Assembly: GCA_030141605.1 (NCBI GenBank)
Contig: JAQGDQ010000021.1
Span: 1,054,001 to 1,118,000 of the forward strand
Source: Tubiluchus corallicola
Lineage: Eukaryota > Animalia > Priapulida
Length of the DNA stretch: 64,000 nt
Direction: 5' to 3'
The position numbers were made by a program, and so were the translations under genes. A model generated the notes under the pieces. The model worked only from the letters and a program-made list of their open reading frames with translations, was not told where the DNA came from and did no database searches. Below, piece after piece: positions 1 through 13,258 of this stretch (its first letter is position 1; every line of letters starts with the position of its first letter).

Positions 1-224
1 TGCACACTACGAAAAAGCCCTATTATTTATGAAATTTTTGACCTGTAGCTAGTGTTGGATGAGTTGGATTAGAGGAAGCGAGAAAATGAATCTTTTAAAA
101 TATATAATATATTATTTGTTTAATCAACCGTTTTTCATACATCAGAAACCCGTTGAAAACATTTTGCAAACAAGCGGCCTCAACAGAGTCAAATTAACTA
201 AGTTATGTTGCAAAATGGTGTCAT

Positions 225-635
225 ACCCCAACGGAATCCAAATGATACCTTATACAAACAGTCTATGTATCGAAATTATTCACGTTGTATCCATATGTCC
301 AAACGACCTAATTTAGTCAAAATTATTTTGTGTCCAAATGCCTTATGTATCCATATGTCCTATGTGTCCAAATTACCTGGTGTCCAAATGCATGTGTCCA
401 AATTACCTTGCGTTCAAGTGCAAGTGTTTTATCTGCCAAATTTTACCTGGTGTTCGAATGTCCTGTGTCTAAATTACATCGTGTGTCCAAATGACCTTGT
501 GTCCAAATTAGCTCGTTTCCAAATTACCTTATGTCCAAAGGCTGCATCGAAATAACCTACGTGTCCAAAACTTTCAATGTCCAATTAACTTATGCATACA
601 AAATGTGTGTGTCAAAGTAGTCTGTGTCCAAACTC
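225..635. repeat. Degenerate short-period tandem array of GTGTCCAAAT-like motifs
   Basis: Many copies of (t)gtccaaa at ~15-20 nt spacing. Confidence 0.7.
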
Positions 636-749
636 CTGTAATCAATTTTTTTTTCGGGTAAACACCATCAATGCACCTCAGTGAGAAAGAAGGCAAGGGT
701 ATTCCCGTATAACAGTAATCTTGATGATCACACTGTTACTGAGTAGAAG

Positions 750-1330
750 ATGGTCATACTCATCCTATTATAATCCTTTTATAAAAGATACCAATCCTTT
801 TATAATCACTAACTTAATGATGACTACCCAGCTATCTATGAAGAACTACCAAATAAGCAGCACATTTTATATATAATTACGAAGGCACAAATCCAATTGC
901 AGCTCAATGGACAAGAACACGGCAAATTCATTGCTGCAAGATTGGAAACCACACTGTCTTGGGGGAAAACACTAGAGCCAGAAAACCAAGGTAAAAAACA
1001 ATAGGGCTTATGCAAGACTGCGATCCTATGTTTACAGATAACGACATTTTATATGATGTTGAGAAATATTACAGAGGGGCGGAAACAGAAAGATTCAAAA
1101 CTAAACCAGGAAAGTGATATCCCTGTTGAAAATAAAATTTAAAACCAGTGAAGATTTAATGTCGGCTATTGAAAATGGAATAGCTGTGGGCCAAATGATA
1201 TGCAGTGTAGAGAAGTTCAGGTATAAGCGCAGACCATTAAGATGTTTTCACTGCCAAAAATACAAACATGCTGTTTCCTGGTGTAGAAACAATGTTAAAT
1301 GTGGAAAATAATCTGGTAACCACTACACAA
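750..1330 (+). mobile_element. Degenerate non-LTR retrotransposon ORF1 (gag-like CCHC zinc knuckle)
   Basis: RPLRCFHCQKYKHAVSWC fits C-x2-C-x4-H-x4-C; a second knuckle is broken by a stop (CGK*SGNH). Confidence 0.7.
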
Positions 1331-3262
1331 CGCTTATTTACTTGCTTATTTATTAATATTGATAATATAGGTCCTGCGTGTGCTTTGATAATGTATAATC
1401 AAATCCTGTTTTATTTAGCATTTTATATATAAATGCAAGCGTAACATACGTATCGAGCATCTAGCCTTACTATAATATTGTAAAGTTTGGGCGGTAGAAA
1501 CCTTTTATTGCATTTTCCTTATTTGATTTCTTTATGAAATACTGTTTGGCATCAGTAGATCTTTATCTAATTAAAATTTCTTTTAAAAGCAATAATCAGT
1601 TTTTGACATTTATTTAGCAAATTTTGGTTGTCTTGATTAAATCATGCTTAATAAAAAAAAATCTACTACATGGTGAAAGGTATTTTTTCTGTTAGTGTTT
1701 GGGCTGTGCTTACAAGTTTACAACTGCTGTATCACATTGCAAATTTTATATTTTAATATTTGATTGCGTTAGCGCATGCTAACCTCAGATGACATGAGTA
1801 GTGCATTCGTCCTGAAGAAGATACTGTATACTGCTATAACTACTACACCTACTGCCCTGAAAAAAACTACAGTTACTGTTATTAGGTATACTGTTCAGAA
1901 CAAAACTACGGCTACTACATCTCAAGAAAAAGATTGTGTCTACTACCACTGCGGAAATTGGCATTTAGAATATAATGATTAGCGTCTACAGAAGACGCAT
2001 CAGCAGACATACCACCCTAATATGAAATGCTTCAAACTCCCCAAACTTCATCTGTTTAGAATTGTTAATCCTATGAAAGTACCTCGCCCTCTAAAACATG
2101 TATCTATATGCTACTAATAAAGACCATTTACTTAGAAATTGACAAAAGAAATTTTTGTTCATTAATACTGATATATTTGATATACTTAATGAAACTTTCA
2201 CCGTATGGATAGAAGAGGAGGCAGAGAACAAGGAAGAGGCCGCAATGGGGAGAGAGTGTACCAGGAGTTTCCCCCGTCCAATAATCACAGCTTCTTCAGA
2301 ATTTTCACTCTGCGTCGTCACCTCTGTTTGGAGCTACTGCACAGGTCCACGCTACTGGCCATGATGGAGTCGTGCCGGAAACAGTTTGGGAACTCTGGCA
2401 GTGGATGTGGAGGCAGAGGACGAGATAGATGTCGTAAAAGCTAATAAGGCGAAATTTGTATATATGTATATATTTGTATATACAAATATATTTTGTATTC
2501 TGTAAGATTCTCGAAACAAGATCCAAAGTAGTCTTTTAAGAAATGCAAAAGTAGTTTTTTACAGAAAATTATAGCATCTAGTCAACTTTTACATCACGTT
2601 CGTAATACATGTACTGAAATATCACAATATTAAAGACAATCATAATTTATTATCTCAAGCTTATCATAATTTGCCTGTGTAACGTGTAATAACATTTAAC
2701 TGATAATGTGTAGCATGCTTTCATAAAGTGCAATAATTGATTAGGGCTTCATCAAACTTGCACATTATATTTGACAAAATTTAAGGTACAATTTTTAAAA
2801 ATGTTCTTATCATGAACATGGAATGGATCTTTCGAGTAGTTCTTTATGCTGTTTTGCTTCTTGTTAAATTAAAAACCAATTTTATAATAGGCATGTAAAG
2901 CTTTTGCGTAGTAGAAGTTGCTACATTTCTTTTGTTTAATGTATTTATCTACAGTTTACATTGTATTTACATAGTATATAGATGACTATTTATTTTTAAT
3001 AGACAAATAATATGTAAATATTTCTTCTTCAGTGCGTCACATACAGCGATTACATCATCAGCGTCCACGCAGAATCAGAGAAAAATTTGAAAAATAAAAA
3101 TAATTTAATTGTGTAGATGCAAATTATTTTCACTTTCCACTTTTTTTTGGTTCTGCGTGGACACTGATGTTGTGATCTCAGTATAGACGTTTGAAAAACC
3201 ATTGTGGAAATTTTAGAGAATAATTCAACATGCATTTGTTAAATAAATTGCACATGTGTACT

Positions 3263-3665
3263 CAGGGGCATATTAACCAATAGGGTAACTAGGCCATAGC
3301 CTAGGGCGCCAAGGTTTGAGGGGCGTCACGTTTTAGAAAAAAATCGTATTCTCTTTAGGAAATATTCACGTTAAGGGCACATAAAATAAAACACCCTATA
3401 GGCAGTTACTTAATGCAGCTTTCATACAAGTGCCACATAACGAACAGGCGCAAGGTATTACAGAACAAGCAGTTGCGCGGCCTGCTTAAATATAAGCATT
3501 ACGCAAATGCATGTAATTAATAATGATCACGTAAAAACTAGGTTAATAGTGTTTCTAATACACCACAAGTAATTGTTTAAGCTGCTCATTACATAAACAA
3601 CCATAAATTGACAATAGAGATGGGCGGGACAGAACTATCAGCCTAGGGCGTCATAAAGTCTTAAC
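3263..3665. mobile_element. hAT-like MITE remnant
   Basis: CAGGGGCATATTAA terminus with subterminal GCCTAGGGCG at both ends; right terminus eroded. Confidence 0.4.
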
Positions 3666-4389
3666 ACAATTAAAAAGCAATTAACACAAATGAATCAGAA
3701 AAATACACCCAAAAAACAATAAAAGTGTCCAGTACGCATCACTAAATGCATTTATGTGTACGTTCGTGATTTAAGTATCATTATAAGGCTGTATAACAAG
3801 TTTCTGTGCTCTGTGACCACAGACTGCAGACACACGTGTTGATCCATCGGATACCAACCAGATGACGATGTAACGTGGATCATGTCGCAAAACACCTGGA
3901 AAAATTTCCATAGAAAATCTGTCTCACTCAAACTTGTGAATAATTTTCTCTTGATGTGTTCCTGTACCTAATGCTCAACTGGTATCCTTGATGCAGCATT
4001 GCAAGTGTCTTCTTCACTATTATACTGAGACAACATCAATAATGCCACCTGTGGATTTAAATTTAATTTCAATAATTCGTTTGGTAAGCATTACAACTGG
4101 GCAACCCTTCAAGTGTAGAATGCAAAATGTGTCACGGCTGACACGCGTAAAACGAACCTGTAAGAATTACACTAGCCATGTAGAAAGACTGTAACTAATT
4201 TCTGTTCGCATACCTGGAAAATAAAAAGTCAATGAGGAAAAAACGGGTAACGAGAAGTAACTTCATGTATGAACTCTATTTTGTGCAATGCTAACAGAGA
4301 GTGTCAAGGAAATGATCCATGAATAAAGCCAGTCATTTATCATACAAAATATCAGTTTAAATGGGTCGCTCATTTTGTAAAGACATAAA

Positions 4390-4930
4390 AGATATTTTAG
4401 CTGCTGCGATTGACGAGGATATTTAACTTCAGTTCTGAGTTGGCAAGGAGACACTAGTTTTTATGACTGGTAAGGAAATTTTTAGCTCCTATGGTGGGCA
4501 AGGAGATATTTTAGCTTCTGAGGTCGGCAAGGAGATATTTTAGCTTCTTTGGTTGTCAAGGAAATATTTTAGCATCTGTGGTCGGCAAGGAGATATTTTA
4601 GCTTCTTTGGTTGTCAAGGAAATATTTTAGCATCTGTGGTCGGCAAGGAGATATTTTAGCTTCTGCGGTTGCCAAGGAAATATTTTAGCATCTGTGGTCG
4701 GCAAGGAGATATTTTAGCTTCTGTAGTCGGCAAGGAGATGTTTTAGATCGTGTGGTTGGTAAGAACATTTTAACTCCTGCTGTTGGCATGGATAGTTTAA
4801 CTCCTGTGGTTACCTGGTTGGCAAGAAAATGCTAAGTTTCGATGGTTGGCAAAGAGATATTAGCTTCCATAACTGGCAAGGAGATATGGTGGGTCTTGTG
4901 GTAGGCAATGAGATATTTTAGGTCCTACGG
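4390..4930. repeat. 29-bp minisatellite (GCAAGGAGATATTTTAGCTTCTGTGGTCG)
   Basis: clear tandem copies, alternating variants in 4500-4740. Confidence 0.9.
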
Positions 4931-7443
4931 TTAGTACGGAAAGTAAGGAGTCAAATGCTTTCTTTGAATTCACTCTGTTTGGCGTACGACACTTGTTTAA
5001 AATTTCTCGAAGGCAATACCACTCTGTGTTTGCGGGACCTGCTCCTAGTGTTATTAATGATACCTTTTCAACAAGAGAAGAGCATTAAATCTTGTGGCAG
5101 GAGTAAAATATGGAAGTGAAAATTATTATGTAATCCCTCAGCCAGATCTTGAACATGGAGCCGTCAACTGTACTGCCACCTATGCCACATGACTGAAGAC
5201 AATTGTGCCAGACCATATTGAAAGTGTTTAATATTTATGATACCTATGTTATTTATTAAGAGCTGCGTATATTTAATCTGGCCGCATTTCATTTCTCTAA
5301 GCTTAATTACAGCGCTTTCTCAATTATTCATCTGTGAATTAACCGTAGTGTGAGTTACTCTGAACTTACCGTAAACCACGTTAATTTTCTATTACAACGT
5401 TTAATTGCACGATCTGGCTTCCAAGCAAAAAAGAAACTAAATAACTTTTATTAATGGGCCTTCCATAAACAGTGAGGGTACGCTCCAAAAATCTGTGATT
5501 AATTATTAAACCTACGTGGGCGTGTGCAGTTTGCTAGTGCATTAGTCTGATTTGTTCAAGGTTTTATTACGTTTTCCTTGGTTCCTTTCTTCTTTTGCTG
5601 CCGCAAAACGTACTAAATGCAAAATCAAGTCTGAAATTTCTTTTTAAAGCAAGAAAGCCATTTTAACTAATTTTAAGATCTTTTTCAAACACGTGAGATG
5701 CTTCTAATTGTGCGTCGTGCAGATAGTGAGACAGTATAATTAAGTACGGTACTATATAAAGCAGAATCATCAGCACGAATAGCAAGATCGGAATCAGTAG
5801 CAACACAACTAAGATTGCAAAGATTACAGCAATGAAAGTTGAAAGCAATGATAATGCAAAAATAAAGCATTTATTTTCATTTTTTCAGCAAAGCATAGTT
5901 AGAACACGAACTAACATGAAACTGTCCTTCAGAAGGAAGAAAAATGGTTACTGTTAGCAATGTAAGTAGCAAATGGCATTTCCACAAACTTAGTCTGTTT
6001 CATTAGCATAAAGAAATTCACAATCGTAAACTCTCATTACAAAACTGAATTTACACAAAGCTACACATGCATTAAAATAATTAAAAATTTAATAAAATCT
6101 ATCCTACATTCAAACTCTCCAATCACTGGCTCATTAAAAGCACTTCAAGTGATTATGTGATATTCTGACATCTAAGCTTATACAAACCGACTAAACTGAT
6201 CTACATTATACATATCTGTCTGAACATAATACTAAAACTTTTAACTAAGTGAGCATTACTGCATTGTTTAGCATGCAGGTAATGCATTATGCACTATTAA
6301 ATATAAAATGATTTAACAATGCAGTAGTGACATTCAATCAATGAGTTATTATAACACTCTAAAACTTAGTCATTCATATCTACGTATTAATTAACATCTT
6401 CACCATCATGTATTTTGTGCAACAGTTTACACACACTTTGGCAGTTAACATTACGTCAATTATGCCAACTTAAGTATAATTTGTTATGTAATATATGCTT
6501 ATATATATAATATAACATAACCATTATTTAGATAACTTGAATAATACATACGATGCTGAAACAGGTTAATTCTAATGTAAGCTAGTTATGTAATAATAAC
6601 TTAACTATCATTAACATAATATACCAGTCATTTCACACAGTACTACTACCAGTGTTAAAAGCATAAAATGACCTGATCCGCCTACAAGGCAAAAGGAAAA
6701 CCCGAAGAAGTCCTAAACTAAGTTTTCGAGTTTTCTCAAAAAAATGCCACACTATGGCAAAACTCTTGCCAATGTGAGGTGCATATAACCACTTCAAATA
6801 TTATCCACTATGCAGAATGCCAGATGACTGAATTTACAACTTTTGCGTTAATCGGTCACGGAAACGTGTACCTCCGTCTGGTACGAACAAGATTACTTTA
6901 ACAGTTTCAACAAGTCACTCTGCTTGACGCATTTCTCTCTCAAGCTAATAACACAAAAAGAATGCTTATTTGATATTTTGAAAGTTTCATTATTGAACCA
7001 CACATGTGTTTGCCAATAGCTAATATTCATTTTATCAAATAAGTATGTGCTAGAAAATGCATGGAAATTGTAATTGTTGCAGAACAATGTCTAACACCTC
7101 ATAAACACTTCAATGATTTTAGAATCGCTTTTGTCAACGGAATTTCTGTACATTGGATTGGAATTGAGATTGAACAGAAATGAGAGTTCTTTTAACATTG
7201 GCGAGTAGTAACCTGCATTATGTCGCACTACACTAAAAAAAGATATTGTAAATTATTCCGCCGAGACTTGTCATATAAACAAAATTTATTGCCAATGTAA
7301 CAGAAATGTCTGTAGTAATATCGGCTCATTTTATTGTTGCTAGGCGTAAAATTATATGCATTTAAAAAGTGATGTAGTTACCATGTACCTTTTAACTTAT
7401 TTTGGCTAAGAATGATAATGTTTTGACTACAAAGCCTAGTAGT

Positions 7444-7620
7444 CATGTTCAGTACGACAGAATCACAAATAACAACCAGTTTTATAGACAGAGCCTACAG
7501 TACAGAAATTGCTAATTATGTATCTACATGGAAGCCAAAGATGTAATTTTTAGTGAATTTCTATACTGTTGGCTGTCTATAAAACTGGTTGTTATTTGTG
7601 ATTCTGTCATACTGAACATG
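7444..7620. repeat. Long inverted repeat/hairpin element
   Basis: arms catgttcagta...tatagacag and ctgtctata...tactgaacatg are near-perfect reverse complements. Confidence 0.85.
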
Positions 7621-8399
7621 GTCACTGTTTGTGTAACCTATCACACTGACAATGATTGCAAGACTCTGCAGTCGAAACGTTTCTAACGTGTTTTTAAGCA
7701 TTTTTGTATTTTAAAGCTTTAACAGAATTTATAACTTTACTTGTTTTATAAAAGATTCTATTGCTTACTTTCCTAGCACGAGCTTTAACATAGAATTCTG
7801 CTTGCTGCCTGCTTGGGGTAGTATATTTTTGGATTTAGCGATGTATAAAGTACAGAAAACCGAAATCAATGTCGATGCATCATTAATAACCTACTATAAT
7901 ATATTAATATTCATTACTATAAATGTGCCATTATTACAGCAGACCTATAAACATTACTATCGTTAAATAACAGCCTGTACTTTGCTTTTACCTAGGGTTG
8001 CTAGCAACTTGCTTCTCGAAACGCACAAATCAGAATTTTCAAAATTTTAACCGAGCACTATGAGTAGGATCAATATAATAGAAAATTTACACTACCCCTA
8101 AAAATTGCAAGAAAACGTTTTTTGGTGATTTCTTGTAAAATTTGGCCCAGCGAATAACATCCAAATGAGGCCAAAAATTGAGCTCAGCAAAGGGCCCAAT
8201 TATGTCAAACAAGATGGCCGCCATTTGACTAAATGAAAGGATATTTAGTCTACATGGATAGTGTAAAAATGCTCATTTTGATTCAAAAGCATGGAACATT
8301 GGACAGTGCTAAAGCTCCTTAAGGTGATTAATTTCGATTATGGAGTGACAGGCGAGCAGTAGGCCTACCTCAGTTTTCATGGTCATCTTGGCAGAAGTT

Positions 8400-10200
8400 T
8401 AAAATAATCATACTTGTAATAATATATCTTCGAAAATGATATTTCCTGAGTCCCCCTTGTGTGATTTGGCATGTAGTTCAATTTTCAGGATTTAGCTGTG
8501 ATCTAAACTATTGCTGGTGCCTTGTCTGCACTAGCTTACAATTACTAACACTGCAGCTTATAATAAACATGACATTTGAGAAATGCCCGGAAAGTATTGA
8601 TAGTTATGGCGATTTAGTTCATTAATTTAGCTCATATTTTGTGCATGTTTTGTCAGACGTTTGCTAGTTAAATCAATGCATCTACTGTGTTATGTGTGTT
8701 GCATTCCAGCAGATTCTGAGAGCTAGTAATAGCAGAGAATGTTAAGTGTAGCGGATGCACATTCTCTGGTAACAATTACCTGACTGAGGGAACACATTTC
8801 TCAAAACAAGTTTGATTGGAAGTCTTGGCAATTTGCAAGCAAAATTTAGTTATGCACCTTCTGAAGGCTGCTGCTAACTGCAGACATATATTTTAAAACT
8901 CAAGTTGTCAAACCATAAACCATTACTATTTTATTATTGCACTTCACAATTTAGTTGTAGCAGTGAGTGAGGTTTATTAATTGCAAAATTCACTGTTATC
9001 TATGCTACCATAAGAGCATTTCTGCCAACTACAGTTTTTTAATAAGCCATGGGCTAGAAGCATAAGTGATGACACATGTATTAGCTTCATGCCATAACAG
9101 TAAGCGAGATCAATCCTGTGACGACTAGCTTCAGAGGATATGGTATAGAGGTAACAATACGAACCTCTATATTAATTCAAAGCCAAAGGTTTGCCCAATG
9201 CTGACCCTACAATCATCTAGTCAAGAGCACGCATTCTTTGCAGTAACTTTCTCTCTCTGTACATAAATTGCCACCACATCTGGTGCCTCATGAACTTCTG
9301 CCACCTTAATCCACTCGACAGAATTCAAAATCGTATTGTCAACCTTGGTGCACGGTCGTGAAGGTCTGTTAACGTAAGATGGTCACAAACTCTCTTGACA
9401 TTGGTTTCTAAACGCCAGTTTAGATTTCACAACAATTTACACGGAGCATTCACTTTGCTAAGTAGTTCCCATATTTTACTCTGGATATTAATACATGCAG
9501 AACAGCAGCTAATAAATCCGGTTTGTGACTCTTACCTGTGGTATTCTTTACCAGAAAATTGTTTGCCAATTAAACCAGTTGCACTTACTTCAAGAACAGC
9601 ATTAATAGATGTGTCCTATCAATAGCAAATTAACTATATGAATTATTTCCCTTCTCTACTGTAGGTCTTTAACCTCAAGTAACCACGAGCCTTTTTTGAG
9701 GTGATTCGTATAAAAACTTGTGTACCACACCACCCCAAGAAAGACCAAGCTGATCAAACTTTAACTGCAAATCACAAAAAAGACTAGATTCAAGTTCCAC
9801 TGACAATAATGTGCATCTAACTTTATAATTTATTTTGTTCACAAAACAGATTTTTTATGCGAGCATTTTTTACAGTTTAGAAGAAACTTTAGTTGCAACC
9901 TCGATAAGTTTTCAACGAGTAATTAATCTCAAAACATGTTTAGTATTAGAATAGAAATAAACATTTATTTGTAACAAACCATTCTAAGAAACATTCAAAA
10001 TGATGAATAACTTTGTTCAGGACATATTTAATGAACTTTACTGCACATACTGCGGTTAACTTGAAATGAAAATGAGTTCCTAAAAATTTGGCAATGTCAA
10101 AACAGCTCCTGTGCTCTATGTTGAAGAACTGTTGCAGAATGCTTGCAAAAACATTCAAACAGTGCCACCCAGATTTGTTAGATATAAAGCCACATTTCAT
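8400..10200 (-). mobile_element. Heavily decayed DNA-transposase remnant, possibly Academ-like
   Basis: Scattered broken peptides (FSGKEYHR, MWWQFMY...RMRAL) resembling GKxYxR-type transposase motifs; many stops and frameshifts. Confidence 0.3.
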
Positions 10201-11552
10201 AGCAAATGACTTAAAGGAAGACCAGACGATTGTTTAGACTCAATCTCATTTTAATTTACTGTCCAAAATATACATTTTCTTGCCTATAAAAGTTAGCAAT
10301 TGTTTCTTATAGTTGAATAATTAGCTTAGAAAGTTAATTAACGGTGACCGAACACAGCTATTGCTTACGTCAGAAACTAAGCACAGTTTGTGCAATGGCA
10401 GGCATCTTCCTTTGCGCGCCAAGCACGTTTGTGTAAGTGTTACTGTTTAAACGTGTGAAGTCACGAAAATGGGCTCTACATCATATGACGTCAGAAGATC
10501 ACTAACACTGCACTTCAAGATCATAGTGATCACAGTACCTCCTATTTGTCCGCCACGCTAATGTGAAAAAAGGCGCTGCTGCCAATCTTAGTAGATTCAC
10601 TGAGCTGTGCGTAGCTTTGAAAGTTTAACAAAATTTGAGTATCCGAGGTTATCATTATTTAATCTAAGCTTTGATTTAAAAAAAGGTATGGTAGTTTTCA
10701 ATATTTTAGAGCATTGTTTATTCTGAACTAATGTTTACACAATCATCCGGTTTTCCTTTAACTAACTGCTATTAAATTATAAAACGAACATAATATTGTG
10801 CATAGATATACTTGAAAACAGAATAATAATTACAAAAAAGATAGTAACTTTGGTCAAGCAAGTTTGATGTAACCACTCAAAAAACAAGCAAATTTTCCTA
10901 AAAACTGGTAAAAATTCATATCTACATACTGTAATCAGAAATTATTTCTAACTAGGAACCAGTCAATAAAATACCAACAAGAACATTTTTAACATCAAAA
11001 TCTTGGCAAATAATAACTACGCTTCCCAGAAAAACTATTTGATCGTATCTACATCGTATAATAATACAATCCTGCGCTATACAATGATCAAGGCAGGCTC
11101 AGTTAAGTAGCGCCATCTATCTTACTGAAGGAAAACACTGATTTTAATGTTTAATGGTTCACTGTATTGTAAAGTATCCAAGTCAAAGAGAAGTACGTTC
11201 TTTTACGTAAACCAAGAAGCTACGCAGACATACTGACAACATGTAGCCACAGTTAAGCATGAGAAAGACTGTTTAGAGTGCTTAACACTGTTTGCGACAT
11301 GTGGTCAATGTAAAAACGTAAACACAATAACATCGAAAATTAAGCATGAAGAAACTGTTTAGAGTGCTCAACACTGTAAGGGTTAAACAATCATTCTGAA
11401 AAACCTACTTATGTAACGTTGCACAAAAATAAACTTTGTTACCCAAAATAATAATAAATAAACTGCTTATAAGTGATAAACAGAAACAAAACTGATTTGA
11501 TAATGAGATGATGTAGAGTAGACACATGTGTTTAACAGTTTGTCCAATTAAA

Positions 11553-11971
11553 AAATTAAAAAAGTTAAGCAATTAACAGCAGTAGACTTTATATAACATA
11601 ACATATTCAAAACATATCATAGTTTACACTATTTTATAGCCTGACATGAGTGTTCACCAATTTATGAGCCTTTGAAGCAAAAATAACAACACACGGAAAA
11701 TGATGGTACAACGAAATGAAATTTCGAAACCTATTCTGACGTATGATCCTAAAACGATGCTGCAAAAATATGGTTTACATGGTATAAATTGCGTACTCCT
11801 GCTATGAAAAATTAAAAAAAAACAGATTTTCTCGTGGTGTGATATTCGTAAGATTTGATGATCTTTTTCTTGATTATTCAATAATCAAGACGATTACAAG
11901 AAAAATTGCCTATGATTTTCTTGAAGAATGTACAACATTGATGCAGAAAAATGTTCGTGTTAAGGGCTTTT
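11553..11971 (+). repeat. ~420-bp duplicated segment, copy A
   Basis: near-identical to 13348-13765. Confidence 0.95.
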
Positions 11972-13147
11972 GCAAAACTCCTTAGCAATAAAGCCAGTAA
12001 TAATAGTGAAGTATATTTTAATTTAACAACAAATAATCAACTGATCGCTGGATACCAACTTTTAAAACAACTAGATCTCTCATATTTACAAGCCATCTCT
12101 TCCCCTGGAAAAATTCAACAAGTACAAAACTAAGAACATAACATTGTAGTTTAGATGTTAGCAATATGTAAAAAGTAAACATACGTTTCAGGATAGGTAC
12201 TCGAATTAGATAGAGATAGTGAAAATTGCCTTTTGCTTTTTAAGTGATTTTTTACAATTTGTGCATTTTACGAAAGAAAGCATTGCGCTGTGTAGATTAT
12301 CAGCAATAAGTAATAAAATGTCTTCCAAAAGCTGTAAAACTTAATGTTGCAAAGATAACTCTTCGCTTTTTTACATTTAGAAATACGAATTTAGCATTGA
12401 TAATGCTAAGGATGTTTTTACTGGCCTAGCACTTAATTAAGTTCGCCATTACACATTATGGGATATTTTTTCGGGAATGGAAATTAAAGCAAAGATAACA
12501 GCCAATATATTATCACAAATTTGAAATAATCACTAGCATTTTGCTTGCGAAAATAGTTAGGTAGCAGCAGCTTCCAAATTCCTAGCTGTAGGTTTCAAGT
12601 CATTGCACAAGACATCCCTCTAGTCTAGGCAAAACAAGCACAAATTTCACTTTTAAGACTAAACTTTGCAAAAGTGTAAAAAGTTTTACTTTTATACTTT
12701 TGAACCAAGCACTGTCTACAAACAAACAGTTTAAGGCAGGTACTTCTTGGCTAAAGCACGATTGCCCAAGGTGTGGTAAATAATATGCTACACAAGTTCA
12801 ATTGGGTAATGGTTCTCGACTTTTAGCAAAACTACAAATTCACTAGTTGTCATTAAATGGAAATGCTCAAAAACCTCCATTTTCATATATCTTTTCAAGA
12901 ACAGTTTATGAACTGCAAGAGAAAAACTCCACCTGTCCAACGAGTTAAAATCAATGATTTAGCAAAAAACTTCCGAAAGAACAAGGTGTAACATCACCGC
13001 GATTCAACACGACACTAATGACACCTGAATGACTGGGACAAACATATGAAATTTTATTAGATAAGTCAGTCAGTAGACAATATACAAAACATGATCATTG
13101 AAATATATAATTTCTATTTCAATGGAAAATATAATTTCTATTTCAAC

Positions 13148-13258
13148 TCACCTGCCTGGCCACTGTCTATCTTTGTCCGTTAGAGGTACATATATTACAC
13201 CCATTAGCGACTTTTTTGAAACCGTGCCATCAGCGTTTTTATCGTATTGCGTTAACAC
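13148..13258 (-). CDS. PCMT1: PCMT1 exon 7 ([11 protein letters not shown]...[16 protein letters not shown])
   Basis: conserved YVPLTD; the TGA at 13150-13148 overlaps a possible donor AG|GTGAGT, so the 3' end is uncertain. Confidence 0.9.
   Translation of the reverse strand: MLTQYDKNADGTVSKKSLMGVIYVPLTDKDRQWPGR

Noticed and set aside
205-555. 116-aa Cys/Pro-patterned ORF
   Set aside because: Translation of the degenerate GTGTCCAAAT repeat.
5663-5870. Hydrophobic 61-aa ORFs
   Set aside because: Low-complexity sequence with non-ATG or weak starts; no support.
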